From Mobula hypostoma (taxonomy: Eukaryota), in NCBI RefSeq assembly GCF_963921235.1, contig NC_086097.1, positions 112,284,001 through 112,348,000 on the forward strand: a DNA stretch of 64,000 bases. The letters are read 5' to 3'. The position numbers and the translations under genes were made by a program. The notes beneath the pieces were generated by a model. It worked only from the letters and a program-made list of their open reading frames with translations, made no database searches and was not told the DNA's origin. Within the stretch, counting starts at the first letter, position 1. Each line of letters opens with the position of its first letter. Shown in pieces: positions 11,681 through 23,755 of this stretch.

Positions 11681-12191
11681 AGCTGACAGGTCTCAAACCC
11701 TCGGTGAAATAAGGAGTTGTCTATCCCAGCATGTGAAGACAGACTTCGGCGGATTGAGCCTACGAGACCAATGGAAGGTCCAATGGTCAAGAAGGCAGTC
11801 TCTGCAAGCATCGTGGAACGTGTCGAGCACGACAAGACATAGAAGACGTCCTGGTCATCTACTGCGCCTAGTCCCATCTCCAGTAGTCTCGACTCTGTCT
11901 TGCCACTGGATCCAGATAGGAATTGGGAGACGAGAATGAGGCTGACACTGCGCAACTCTCCCTCACTTAAATCCAAATCATGCGCTAGTCTCGACACCAT
12001 CATAATGGTGTTGTGGTCCTCATCGACATCGACGATGGACGAACAACCAAAGGTTGCAATTGAGCCTGCCTCGACCACTTCCTCCTGCAGATCATTCTAG
12101 GTACTCACTACCTTCTGTGTAAAGAAGTTGCCTCAAATTTCAAACAACACACAGAAAATGCTGGAGGAATTGACGACGACGATGGACGAAC
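11487..12191 (+). mobile_element. Non-autonomous RTE-type retroposon, copy 2, with captured flank and duplicated tail
   Basis: Core 11487-12048 homologous to 1452-2009; 12-bp TSD ATCA(T/C)TAGCATT at 11475-11486 and 12192-12203 inside the Gypsy pol. Confidence 0.85.
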
Positions 12192-14964
12192 ATCACTAGC
12201 ATTAAGCAGCTGTGCCAGTCTCTGGTTAGTGCTACCATCTGAGCTGCTGTTACCCATTGATGTCACACTGTGAACTTTGATTGAGTGCCAGTCTAATTGG
12301 ATCCTTTTCTCATTTACGTCTGAAAAGTGCTGGCCCTCCCTTTCCAAATACATAAAGTTCTAATTGTTGTGTTTGGCCTCCTTACATCACCTTCACTTTC
12401 AGTATGCCTTTGGGGGGACAGTTTTTCATCTGTGTAGCTCTTTAGCATCACTGAGGTCTTCTCTAATGGTATCTTAGAAAACAGTCTCTGGAATTTAGCT
12501 TCTGGAATTATAGACAAAGTTGACCCTGTGTCCAGCTCCACTTTCCATTTTACACCAGACGCATCTATTGTGATCCATAATACATTGCTAACTGTTTCAG
12601 TAATACTATGCAGTTCTAGGCATGACTGTTCACTTTTCTCAGTCTCTATGCTTCTGTTTTACATTTGGCAATTTTATTCATTTGCTTAGCTTTATGTTTG
12701 AGACTTTTCACTCGGTTGTGCTTTTTGTCTGCCTTGCGCACTCCCTCTATGTGACCTTGTCTGGGACACTTTCTGAAGACTTTTTCTTTGTACTAAGTTA
12801 TTTGCATCATGGGAGGATTTGCCACATTGATAATATTTTTGGCTTTTTGCACCATTCAGGGACATCTTGTGCATTTCACATTCTAACCTCCTTTTCTGTA
12901 GTTCTGCTGCATCATTTGCTGTAGTCTATTACGACATTGCAATGGTCAATGCCCATTCTAAGGTTAGGTCTCTTTCTGCCAGTAGTCTTGTTTGAGTGCT
13001 TTGACTATGCATGACACAGACAAGCCTTTCGCTGAATGTGTCAGAAAGTCCACCTGTGAAGTCACAGTACTGGGAAAGTTTGTGCAGTTCTGCTATGTAC
13101 TCATAAAGACTTGCATTTTTTGACTGGTTCCTTTTGTAAAATTTAAATCTCTCAGCTACTACCAGCGGTTTAGGGCTCAAGTGATTTTGTAAAATTCTAA
13201 CTATTTCCTCAAACGTCTTGCTGGCTTTTCAGGGGTTACTAAATAGAGACCACGTCCTTGCACCCACTTAGCTAAGAAGTGCTGGGGCCTTCTTTTGCTC
13301 CTCCACATTACAATACAGTTCAACGCTCTTGATATATAACTCCCAGCCTTCATTAGCACTATCAAATTTGTCAGCTTTCCCGACTGAAGCCATTGTCATG
13401 TTATTTTCACTTTAAATTCAGTGCGTCTTTCACTGTTACTCATGCCTTTGTTGGCATCTGCGACGACCTTCTTGTGCTGTTTAATACTTGCTGTTTCATC
13501 CTGTAATCGTCCTGTAACTATCTGAGCAGTTGGTGATATTTTCTGACACTCAGGTTCGTGTTCCTCACCAATTTGCTGTGTCTGTGCACAACTACATATC
13601 AATTAAATAAAAGTACACATGTGGGAGATGGCTTTAACTGGAGTATTCACACTGAGCAAGAGAGAGAGAGAGGGAGAGAGAGAGAGAGAGAGAGCAATGC
13701 GCATGTGTAGACTATAGTGCATGTGCAAACAACAGATCAATACATAGTGCTAAGTGAGGGGGTGACCATTGCTCTAAAACAAATAGATCCATACGTTACA
13801 AATACTATCTTCTTCTCAAAGCTAATTAATAGCTCCAAGACCTAGGCCTCAATACCTCAATGCTGCTCAATTTCTTCACTTGCAGTCCTCAGTCAGTTTG
13901 AATTGGCAATAACATCTCCTCCATTATCTCTCTCATCACAGGTACACCACAAGGCTGTGTGCTTAACCCCCTGCTCTACTCATTTTATATCATGACTGTG
14001 AGGCTAAGCACAACTCCAATGCCACATTTTGAGTTTGCTGATAACACAACTGCTGTTGGCTGAATCAAAGCTGATGATGAATCAGCATATAGGAGGGAGA
14101 TTGAAAATCTGGCTGAGTGGTGCCACAACAACCTCTCACTCAATGAAAGCAGAACCAAGCAGCTGAGGGGGAGGAAAGCAGAGGCCCTTGAACCAGTCAT
14201 CATCAGGGGATCGGTGGCGGAAAGGGTCAGCAATGTTAAATTCCTCAGTGTTATTATTTAAGAGAATCTGTCCTGGGTCAATCTTAGACAGAAAGTGTCA
14301 TTACAAGTAAAGCACAGCAAATATTCGCATGTCATCTAAAACTATGACAAACATCTATTGATGTGTGGAGAATACACCGACTGGTTGCATTACAGCCTCG
14401 TATGGAAACACCAATGCCCTTGAATGGAAAAGCCTACAAAAAGTAATGGATACAGCCCAGTCCATCACGGATAAATCCCTTCCACCATTGAACACATCTA
14501 CAAGGATTGCTGTTGCAGGAAAGCAGCATCCATCATCAAGGATCCCCACCATCCAGGCCATGCTCTGCTCTTCTCACTGCTGCCATCAGGAAAGAGGTAG
14601 AGGAGCCTCAGGTCCCACACCACCAGATTCAGGAACAATTATTACTCCTTATCCATCAGGTTCTTGAACCAAAGTGTATAACTTCACTCACCCCATCACT
14701 GAACTGTTTCCAGAACCTATGGATTTATTTTCAAGTACTCTTCATCTTATGTTCTTGATATTTATTGCTTATTTATCTATGATTGGTATCTTTTCTTTTT
14801 ATATTGCTGCTTGATGTCTTTTGTACATTGGTTGTTTATCCATCTTGTTGTATGCGTTAATTTCACTGATTCTGTTATGTTTCTTCCTATTTACTGTGAA
14901 TGCCTGCAAGAATCCCAGTGTTGCATATGGTGACATATATGTACTTTGATAATAAATTTACTTT

Positions 14965-16150
14965 GATTCTTCCCACCCCGTCACTTGTAAAAATGTTATT
15001 CTTAGTTCTTCTGTCTCTATCTCATCTGCTCTTAGGATGAGGCTTTCTATACTAGAACATCTGAGATCTCTTTTTTTCAAAGTCTGAGTTTCTCTTCCAT
15101 CACCGTCAAAGCACCTTCATCCCTTACCTCTTACATTTCCCACACATCTGCTCTCACCACATCATCCTGCTGTTGGAACAGGGATTGAATTCCTTTTGTA
15201 CTTACCTCATATCCAGCAAATCATATCTTCTAACTTCTGCCGTGACTTCTATGTGACTCCCTTGTCTCTTTGTCCATCCTCACTGATCACCTTCCTGGCA
15301 TTCATCCTGCAAGCTTGGCAAGTGCTGCACCTGCCCAACAAGTGATGCTTCACCCCCTCACCACCATTCCAGGCCCCAAATAGTTTTTTCCAGGTGATGC
15401 AACACTTCACCTGCAAGTCCATCCACGTCACCTGTTGTATCTGGTGCTCTCAGAGCAGCCACCTCTACTTTGGTAAGATCTGACTTAGATTGGGGGAACC
15501 GCTTCGTCGAGCAGTTTCACTCTGTATACCAAAAAAGGCAGGATCTCTTGCAGGTACCCACTTCAATTCAACTTCCCATTCTGACATGTCTGTCATGGCC
15601 TCCTCTACTGTCACAAAGCGGCCAAATTCAGGTTGGAAGAACAAGATCACATATTCTGTCTGGGTAACCTACAATCTGATGGCATGATCATTGATTTCTC
15701 TAATTTCCAGTAATTACTTTCCCTTCCCAATTCTCTCCTTTTCCATTTCCCATTCTGATTCCCCTCTTAGCTCTTTTCTTTCCCTTACCTGCCTGTCACT
15801 GGTGCTCCTTCACCACCACCTTCACCTTCTTCCATGGTCTGCCATCCTCTCCTACTAGATTTCTCCTTCTTCAGCCCTTTACCTCTTCCACCTATTACCT
15901 CCCAGCTTTTTAATTCATCACTCCTCCCCCTCATATCTGGTCTCACCCATCCCCTGCTAGTTTGTGCTCCTTTCCCTCACCCCACCTACTTATTCTGTGG
16001 TCGGCCACCTTCCTTTGCAGTCCTGATGAAGGATATTTCCCTGAATCATCATCTGTTTATAACCCTCCATGCACACTACCTGACCTGTTGAGCTTCCCCA
16101 GTGTTTTATGAGCTTGGCTCAAGATTTCAGGATCTGCAGAATATCTTCTC
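14965..16150 (+). mobile_element. Penelope-like element 3' fragment (GIY-YIG endonuclease region)
   Basis: Decayed GIY-YIG region (LGNRFVEQ, THFNSTSHSDMSV), pyrimidine-rich UTR, degenerate hammerhead agtcctgatgaagg near 16020. Confidence 0.8.
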
Positions 16151-17464
16151 TTTGGAGTTTTTGACTGGATACTATGCCTTCATAAACAGTGGGAACAAGA
16201 GAAAATCCTGGAATCATTCAGCAGGTCAGGCAGATATTTTTCATGTTGATAACCTGTCATCAGAACTGGGAGAGAGAAAAAGTTATTTTTACGCTGCAGA
16301 GGGAGTGGGGTAGGGGTGGATCAAAGGGGAAATCTCTGACAATATGACACCAGAGTGCTATTGGGTATTTACAAACCCATATGGTTGGTAGATAAATAAG
16401 AGTGTAAGATAAGGAATGGAGAGGGAGAGAGAGATAGAAAGAAAGAGAGTGAGCCAGAAAGAGATAGAGAGAGCAAGAGAGAGGGAGAGAGACAGGCAGA
16501 CAGACAGAGATAATGAGAAAATAAACAATTGAATAAATTAAATCTTTGACAAGTAAATCATAGCAAACCAAAACCAAAAAAAAGTTTGAAATGCCCAAGA
16601 AATAAGATCAGTGTCTATGGAGAGAGAAAAATTAGTTTATATTACTGAAGAATAATGTTTGAGTAGTACATCTAATACCAATAGGGAATGCTCATTACCT
16701 AAAGTTATGGAGTTTAATATTAGTTCTTGAGGGCAGCAACACACCCAGATGGAATATGAAGTATTGTTCCTCAAGCTTATGTTGGGCTTTGCTGCATCTG
16801 ACCTGTTAGTTGCTTCTAGCATGGTCTTTTTCTTTTAATTTCAGAAATCCAGCATCTGCATGTTTTGATTTTCTTTTATACGCATTCTCCATCAGGAAAG
16901 TAGTTTGATTAGAAAGTCTGGCTCCCTGTTGGGCAGCGAACCTTTGGCAGAGGCCACAGGAACAGCTGCTGAAAAGAAACCTACTGTTCATTGCTGAGAA
17001 TGTGGTTTGGGTCTGGATCTTTGGAAGATTCAATCTGCAAACTCAAAGCGGGTATTTCAGTCTTTAACATTTCACCTAACTCTGCCCAACCTATTTTAGG
17101 ATTAAAATTGACTATGTTTGTCCTAAAGTGTCAGTGGCAGAAAGATTATAACACAGGATGAGGCTATTCTACCCACTGTGCCTTTGTCAGCAATCAAATT
17201 AGTTTCAATCTCCATTTGTCCTACAGTTTCTTCCCTTTTGAAGAACATATTCAGTTTCAATTTGAACAGCATGACTGGATATGCCTCCAATAATTTATCT
17301 TCTTGACAATGCATTCCAGATGCTGAGCACTTGTGTAATTCCTTGTGTCACGTCTGGTTCTATTCCCAATTAGCTTCAAGCTTGGTATCCTGGTTCTTGA
17401 CCCTTTCATAACATAAAACAGTTTCTCTCGAGCTGTTGTTCCAGTTTTTGTGCTATTGGGAGAT

Positions 17465-17632
17465 CACAAACACAAGGAAGTCTGCAGATGCTGGAAATTC
17501 AAAGCAACACATGCAAAGTGCTGGAGGAACTCAGCAGGTCAGGCAGCATCTATGGAAATGAATAAACAGTCGAATTTCAGGCCGAGACACTTCTTCAGGA
17601 CTGGAAAGGAAGGGGGAAGTTGCCAGAATAAA
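17465..17632 (-). mobile_element. Penelope-like terminal fragment with near-intact hammerhead
   Basis: Minus strand reads agtcCTGAAGAagtgtctcggcctGAAAttcgact. Confidence 0.7.
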
Positions 17633-17634
17633 GT

Positions 17635-17900
17635 CGCATAGTGGCTGGTGTAACATAATTACTGTGACAGCAACCCACACTCAATTCTGCTGCTGTCTGT
17701 TAGGAATTTGAATGTTCTCCCCTTCACTGTGTGGGTTGACTCTGTGTGTTCCAGTTTCCTCCCAGACTTACAGGTTAGTAGGTTAATTAGTAGATTAATT
17801 GGTTAATTATCAGGTTAATTAGTAACCTTAGTAGGTTAATTGGTTACGCGTGTTAATAAGTGGCACAGGCACGTTGTCCCAGAAGGACCTGTTACCTTGT
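17635..17900 (+). mobile_element. tRNA-derived SINE (HE1-like), decayed
   Basis: gtggctggtgtaacata...tcaattctgctgctgtctgttaggaatttgaatgttctcccc...gggttgactc; related to 62088-62310. Confidence 0.6.
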
Positions 17901-19107
17901 CATATCTTCTAAGCAAATGAGAAAACAAATTCTATATGATCACAAATCTATCAGGTCCCCTTTTGACCTACTCTGTTCCAAACTGTTCACCCACATTAAT
18001 AAAGCCCCTCGTCTCTGGCATCATTTCAATACATTTCCTTTGCACCCTCTGTTAGACTTTCATATTTTTGCCAATGTGTGGAGCCTTAAGATGGAGACAA
18101 TATTCCAGTTGATTTATAACTTTCACCATAACCTCCTTGTTCTTATAATCTATAAACATGTACCCTGCACATCTTTATCATCCCTTTCCTTTACCCTACC
18201 AATTACAACTAATGACTTATATACCATATTCTTCTGATCCTATATTTCTTTAATAACATAAATTTTTGATAACTGTATCTTATTCATACAAATTCACTCA
18301 TTAATAGTGCATGTACTCAAAGTGTACAGTATAAATATTTCAAATGACTATTTACCTAGACTCTAGGTTTACTACAATATGTATAAGTGACATCATCTTC
18401 GTTATGTGCTGTGTCATATGACGTGGGCGATCATGGTCTTTGACTGCTCCACCATTTCATCATGGCCGATCCTATTTTTCTCTCAGCCCCAAGTCTTCTC
18501 CCCGTATCCCTTCCTGCCTTGACCAATCAAGAATCTCTCAACCTCTGCATTAAATATACATAAACACTTGTCCTCCACTGCTGCCTGTGGCAAAGAATTT
18601 CACAGATTCACCACTCTCTGGCTAAAGAAATTCCTCCTCATCTCAGTGCTAAAAGGATGCCCCTCTATTCTGAGGCTGTGTCTCTGGCCTTAGACTCTCC
18701 CACCACGGGAAACATCCTTTCCACCCCCACTCTATCAAAGGCTTCCACCATTTGATAGGTTTCAATGCGGTCACCCCTCATTCTTCTGAATTCAAGTGAA
18801 TACTGGAATAGAGCCAGGGCCGGATTAAGCTAGTGCGGGGCCTGTAGCATATGTTATAAAGGGGCCCTAAATTTTAAAAATGCACCTAAGTATTAAAACA
18901 TAAATTATTTACTTACATAGTAAAGCAATTCAATTTTTTCATTTGCTATACAGCCAGATAATATGACAAATGTCTGGCACTTCAGTAATAGTATTACTTA
19001 CATGTAGGTATCAATTTCAAATGTCAAAAGTAACAAAACTACAATTTAAAACTTACATTTTCTAGATTTAGCATTAGCAAATTTGTTGATGATACTGGAA
19101 ATGTCTA

Positions 19108-20289
19108 TTAAATGCTCATTAGAGTGAGATTGTTCAATCTGTTTTGACCCATGATGCTCCTTAGTTCATTTTTAACCCTTTTCAGTTTTGAAAAGGAGCA
19201 TTCTCCACTGCAGTTGGTAACCATGAGTAACAAATAGATGCGCAAGGCATTTTCTACATTTGGAAAATATGACTCCAAAGAATTGTCAGTTATCAAACAG
19301 TACAACTGTAACTCTACAAGGTCTTGTTTGGCGCCAATATGAGGAGCAAGATTAGTTTTCAACAGTTCAGTAAACTGCACGAATTCTTCATCAAGACTTT
19401 CTTCCAGATCTTCTGGATATGATTTAATAAGAGTTGATGACCTCTTTACGATCTTTTCAGGTGTAAACGACTGTAACTGATGAAGGAATCCAAAAACACC
19501 ATTCACATTTAGATAAGCTTTCTGCCTTTTTGACAGGGCAGAACGCAAGTTATCAATAATGGCAAGCAATGTTCGGCTTTTAAACTTCTGAGAAGGTGTT
19601 TGAGATTCAACAAGTGGATCAAGAGGGCTGGAACCACTGAAATCATCATTTGCGCAATTTTGCTTGTGTTTTCTTCGAGTTTGCTGTTGATAATGCCCAC
19701 ACTTAGTCATATCTTTGGCTTTTTGCTCAATGTCTGAAGAAGTAGACCGCATAGCTTGAATATATCCATGCAAGGATTCATAGAGTGCACAAGCTGTGTT
19801 AAAGACTTGGCCAGAAGATTGCAAAGAAGCACTGGTCATTTGAAAATGCTGTAATACTTGATCCCACAATATGACCATTATTCCTGTTTCCAACTTCATC
19901 ATGGTTGAAAGTAGTCCACGAGCCTGTTGTCGACACGCTGCCTTCAGATCATTGTTAATTGAAATGTCATCCAAGACTTGTTTTATTGCAGAAAAGCTGT
20001 GTAAAAGTGCTTTTGTTGCATCTGCAAGAGCTGACCACCTGGTATCTGACATTCTTTTCACAATGGGCAAATGAGCACCATCATCAGATAATGCAGCTGA
20101 AAAGCGATCCCACCGATAAATAGAAGCAGAAAAAAATGTGTAGAGGCTTTCTACAAATTGAAAGAAAATTAATGTTTCTTGACAAAATTCAGCAGCACAT
20201 TTTCCAACCAAATTTAGTGAATGTGCAAAACATGGAATGTAATCCGCAAACTCATTCAGCTCTTTAATTTGTGCTTGTAAGCTACTATA
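19108..20289 (-). pseudogene. hAT (ZMYM1-like) transposase C-terminal ~390 codons, still open; upstream piece at 23757-23897
   Basis: CFAHSLNL, TRWS and the dimerisation motif TNCSGECSFSKLKRVKNELRS. YDNASNM at 23760-23790 joins YSSLQAQI once the CR1 is removed. Confidence 0.88.
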
Positions 20290-23200
20290 CAATAGACAAT
20301 AGAAAATAGGTGCAGGAGTAGGCCATTCAGCCCTTCGAGCTAGCACCACCATTCACTGTGATCACGGCTGATCATCCACAATCAGTACCCTTTTCCTGCC
20401 TTCTCCCCATATCCCTTTACTCCGCTATCTTTAAGAGCTCTATCTAACTCTTTTTTGAAAGAATTCAGAGAATTGGCCTCCACTACCTTCTGAGGCAGAG
20501 CATTCCACAGAATCACAACCCTCTGTGTGAAAAAGTTTTTCCTCAACTCCGTTCTAAATTGTCTACCCCTTACTCTTAAACTGTGACCTCTGGTTCTGGG
20601 CTCCCCCAAAATCAGGAACATGTTTCCTGCTTCTAGCGTGTCCAATACATTAATAATCTTATATGTTCAATCAGATCCCCTCTCATCCTTCTAAATTCCA
20701 GTGAATACAACCCCAGTTGCTCCAATCTCTCAACATATGACAGTCCCGCCATCCTGGGAATTAACCTTGTGAACCTACGCTGCACTCCCTCAATAGCTAG
20801 AGTGTCCTTCCTCAAATTTGGAGACCAAATCTGTGCACAATATTCCAGGTGTAGTCTCACCAGGGCCCTGTACAACTGCAGAAGGACCTCTTTGCTCCTA
20901 TACTCAATTCCCCTTGTTATGAAGGCCAGCATGCCATTAGCTTTCTTCACTGCCTGCTGTATCTGCATACTTACTTTCAGTGACTGATGAACAAGGACCC
21001 CTAGATCTCATTGTACTTCCACTTTTCCTAACATGACACCATTCAGATAGCAATCTGCCTTCCTGTTCTTGCCACCAAAGTGGATAACCTCACATTTATC
21101 CACATTAAACTGCATCTGCCCATTCACCCAATCTGTCCAAGTCACCCTGCATTCTCATAACATCTTCCTCACATTTCACATTGCCACCAAACTTTGTGTC
21201 ATCTGCAAATTTGCTAATGCTACTTTTAATCCCTTCATCTAAATCATTAATGTATATCGTAAATAGCTGTGGTCCCAGCACCGAGCCTTGCGGTACCCCA
21301 CCAGTCACTGCCTGCCATTCTGAAAAGGACGGACCCATTAATTCCTACTCTTTGTTTCTTGTCTACCAACCAATTTTCTATCCATGTCAGTATCCTACCC
21401 CCAATACCATTTGCTCTATTTTTGCACACTAAGCTCCTATGTGGGACCTTATCAAAGGCTTTCTGAAAGTCCAGGTACACGATATCCACTGGCTTTCCCA
21501 TGTCCATTTTCAAAGACACATTCTCAAAAAATTCCAGAAGATTAGTCAAGCATGACTTCCCCTTCGTAAATCCATGCTGACTCGGACCTATCCTGCCAAT
21601 GCTATCCAAATATGCCGCTATTACATCTTTTATGATTGATTCCAGCATCTTCCCCACCACTGATGTCAGACTAACTGGTCTGTTTTCTCTCTCCCTCCTT
21701 TCTTAAAAAGTGGGATAACATTAGCTACCCTCCAATCCGCAGGAACTGATCCTGAATCTATAGAACATTGGAAAATGATTACCAATGCGCCCACGATTTC
21801 TGGAGCAACCTCTTTAAGTACCCTAGGAGGCACACCATCAAGCCTTGGGGATTTATCAACCTTCAGTCCCATCAGTTTACCCAACACCATTTTGTGCCTG
21901 ATGCGAATTTCCTTCAGTTCCTCTGTTACCCTAGGTCCTCTGGCCACTATTACATCTGGGAGATTGTTTGTGTCTTCCTTAGTGAAGACAGATCCAAAGT
22001 ACCTGTTCAGCTCGTCTGCCATTTCCTTGTTCCCCATAATAATTTCACCCGTTTCTGTCTTCAAGGGCCCAACTTTGGTTTTAACTAATTTTGACCTCTT
22101 CACATACCTAAAGAAGCTTTTACTATCCTCCTTTATATTCTTGGCTAGCTTACCTTACTACCTCATCTTCCCCCCCCCCCCCCCCCGTGTTGCCTTTTTA
22201 GTTATCGTCTGTTGCTCCTTAAAAGTCTCCCAATCCTCTGGCTTCCCACTCATCCTTGCTATGTTATACTTCCTCACTTTTATTTTTATACTGTTCTTGA
22301 CTTCCCTTGTCATCCACGATCGCCCCTTACTCCCCTTAGAACCTTTCTTCCTCTTTGGAATGAACTGATCCTGTATCTCTGTATTATTCCCAGAAATACC
22401 TGCCATTGTTGTCCACTGTCATCCCTGCTAGGGTATCTTTCCAGTCAACTTTTGCCAGCTCCTCCCTCATTGGTCCATAGTTCCCTTTGTTCAGCTGTAA
22501 TACTGACACTTCTGATCTTCCCTTCTCCCTCTCAAATTGTAGATTAAAACTTATCATATTATGGTCACTACCTCCTAATGGCTCCTTTACCTCGAGTTCC
22601 CTTATTAAACCTGGCTCATTACACAGCACTAAATCTAGAATTGCCTTCTCCCTGGTTGGCTCTAATACAAGCTGCTCTAAGAATCCATCTCTGAGGAATT
22701 CCACAAACTCCCTTTCTTGGGGTCCAGTACCAATTTGATTTTCCCAGTCTACCTGCATCTTAAAATCCCCCATAACAACCGTAGAATTACCTTTGCGACA
22801 TGCCAATTTTAACTCTTGATTTAACTTGCACCCTATATCCAGGCTACTGTTTGGAGGCCTGTAGATAACTCCCATCAGGGTCTTTTTGCCCTTACAGTTT
22901 CTTAGTTCTATCCATACTGACTCTACATCTCCTGATTCTGTGTCCTCCCTCACAAGTGACTGAATTTCATTCCTCACCAACAGGGCCAACCCACCGCCTC
23001 TGCCCACCTGTCTGTCCTTTCAATGGGATGTATACCCCTGAATATTCATTTCCCAGCCCTGGTCCTCTTGCAGCCATGTCTCTGTTATTCCCACAACATC
23101 ATACTTGCCAATTTCCAACTGAGCCTCAAGCTCATCCACTTTATTTCTTATACTCCTTGCATTCATATATAATACTTTTAATCCTTTTAAAGTAATACTT

Positions 23201-23755
23201 TTACTCCCCTCACCTTTCACATCGATTCCTATTGCACTTGCCCATACTCTCCGATCCCTTCCTGATCTTTCTGCCCCTTTAATTCTGTTGTCTTTCTTAA
23301 CTTTTCTTATTCTCTCATTCCCTCTAACTCCATTCTTATATTTCCAGTTCATTCCCTCCCCACCCACTACTTAGTTTAAACACACCCATGTAGAAGTGGC
23401 AAACCTGCCTGCCAGAATGCCGGTCTCCCCTCTGTTAAGGTGCAACCCGTCCCTTCTGTACAATTCATCCTTACCCCAAAACAGATCCCAGTGGTCCAAG
23501 AATCTAAATCCCTGCTTCCTGCACCAGCTCCTCAGCCACACGTTCAGATCCCCTATCTCCCTGTTCCTGCCCTCTCCAGCACAAGGAACTAGAAGCAAAC
23601 CCGAGATAACCACCCTTGAGGTCCTGCTTTTCAGCCTTCTTCCGAGTTCTCTGAAGTCACTCTGCAAAATGTCTCTCATCTGCTTCCCGACGTCATTTGT
23701 GCCGACATGCACCACCACCTCCGGCTGATCACCTTCTCCCTTGAGGATGCCCTGC
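20290..23755 (-). mobile_element. Relatively young CR1 LINE, 5'-truncated (ORF1 esterase, AP endonuclease, RT; frameshifted)
   Basis: VHVGTNDVG...DGLHLN esterase; YMNARSI, GITETWL, YRPP, SDHN endonuclease; YLDFQKAFDKVPH, GVPQGSVLGP, KFADDTK RT; caatagacaatag tail. Confidence 0.95.

Larger units (their letters stand above)
10182..13800 (-). mobile_element. Gypsy/Ty3 LTR retrotransposon, internally deleted (gag, protease, integrase; no RT/RNase H)
   Basis: LTRs 10182-10401 and 13574-13800 (TG...CA, internal GA repeat); TSD AATCC/AATAC; PBS TGGTGAGG next to the right LTR; PPT AAAGGGAGAGGAAG next to the left LTR; gag ERFKFYKRNQ, protease LDTGS, integrase VDAHSKWLEV...IVSDN. Confidence 0.92.
8930..14965 (+). 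mobile_element. Rex1/Babar-type LINE split into three pieces (8930-9104, 9895-10181, 13801-14965)
   Basis: Continuous RT motifs (PVPKK...LTSTV, QFAYRHNRSTADAI, FINYSSAFN|TI, FADNTT) resume across two TSD-flanked insertions; tail gataataaatttactttga. Confidence 0.85.

Noticed and set aside
19108..20352. 414-aa ORF as a domesticated ZMYM1-like host gene
   Set aside because: It lies within TIRs, its start comes from the inserted CR1 tail, and the transposase is split and lacks its N-terminus.
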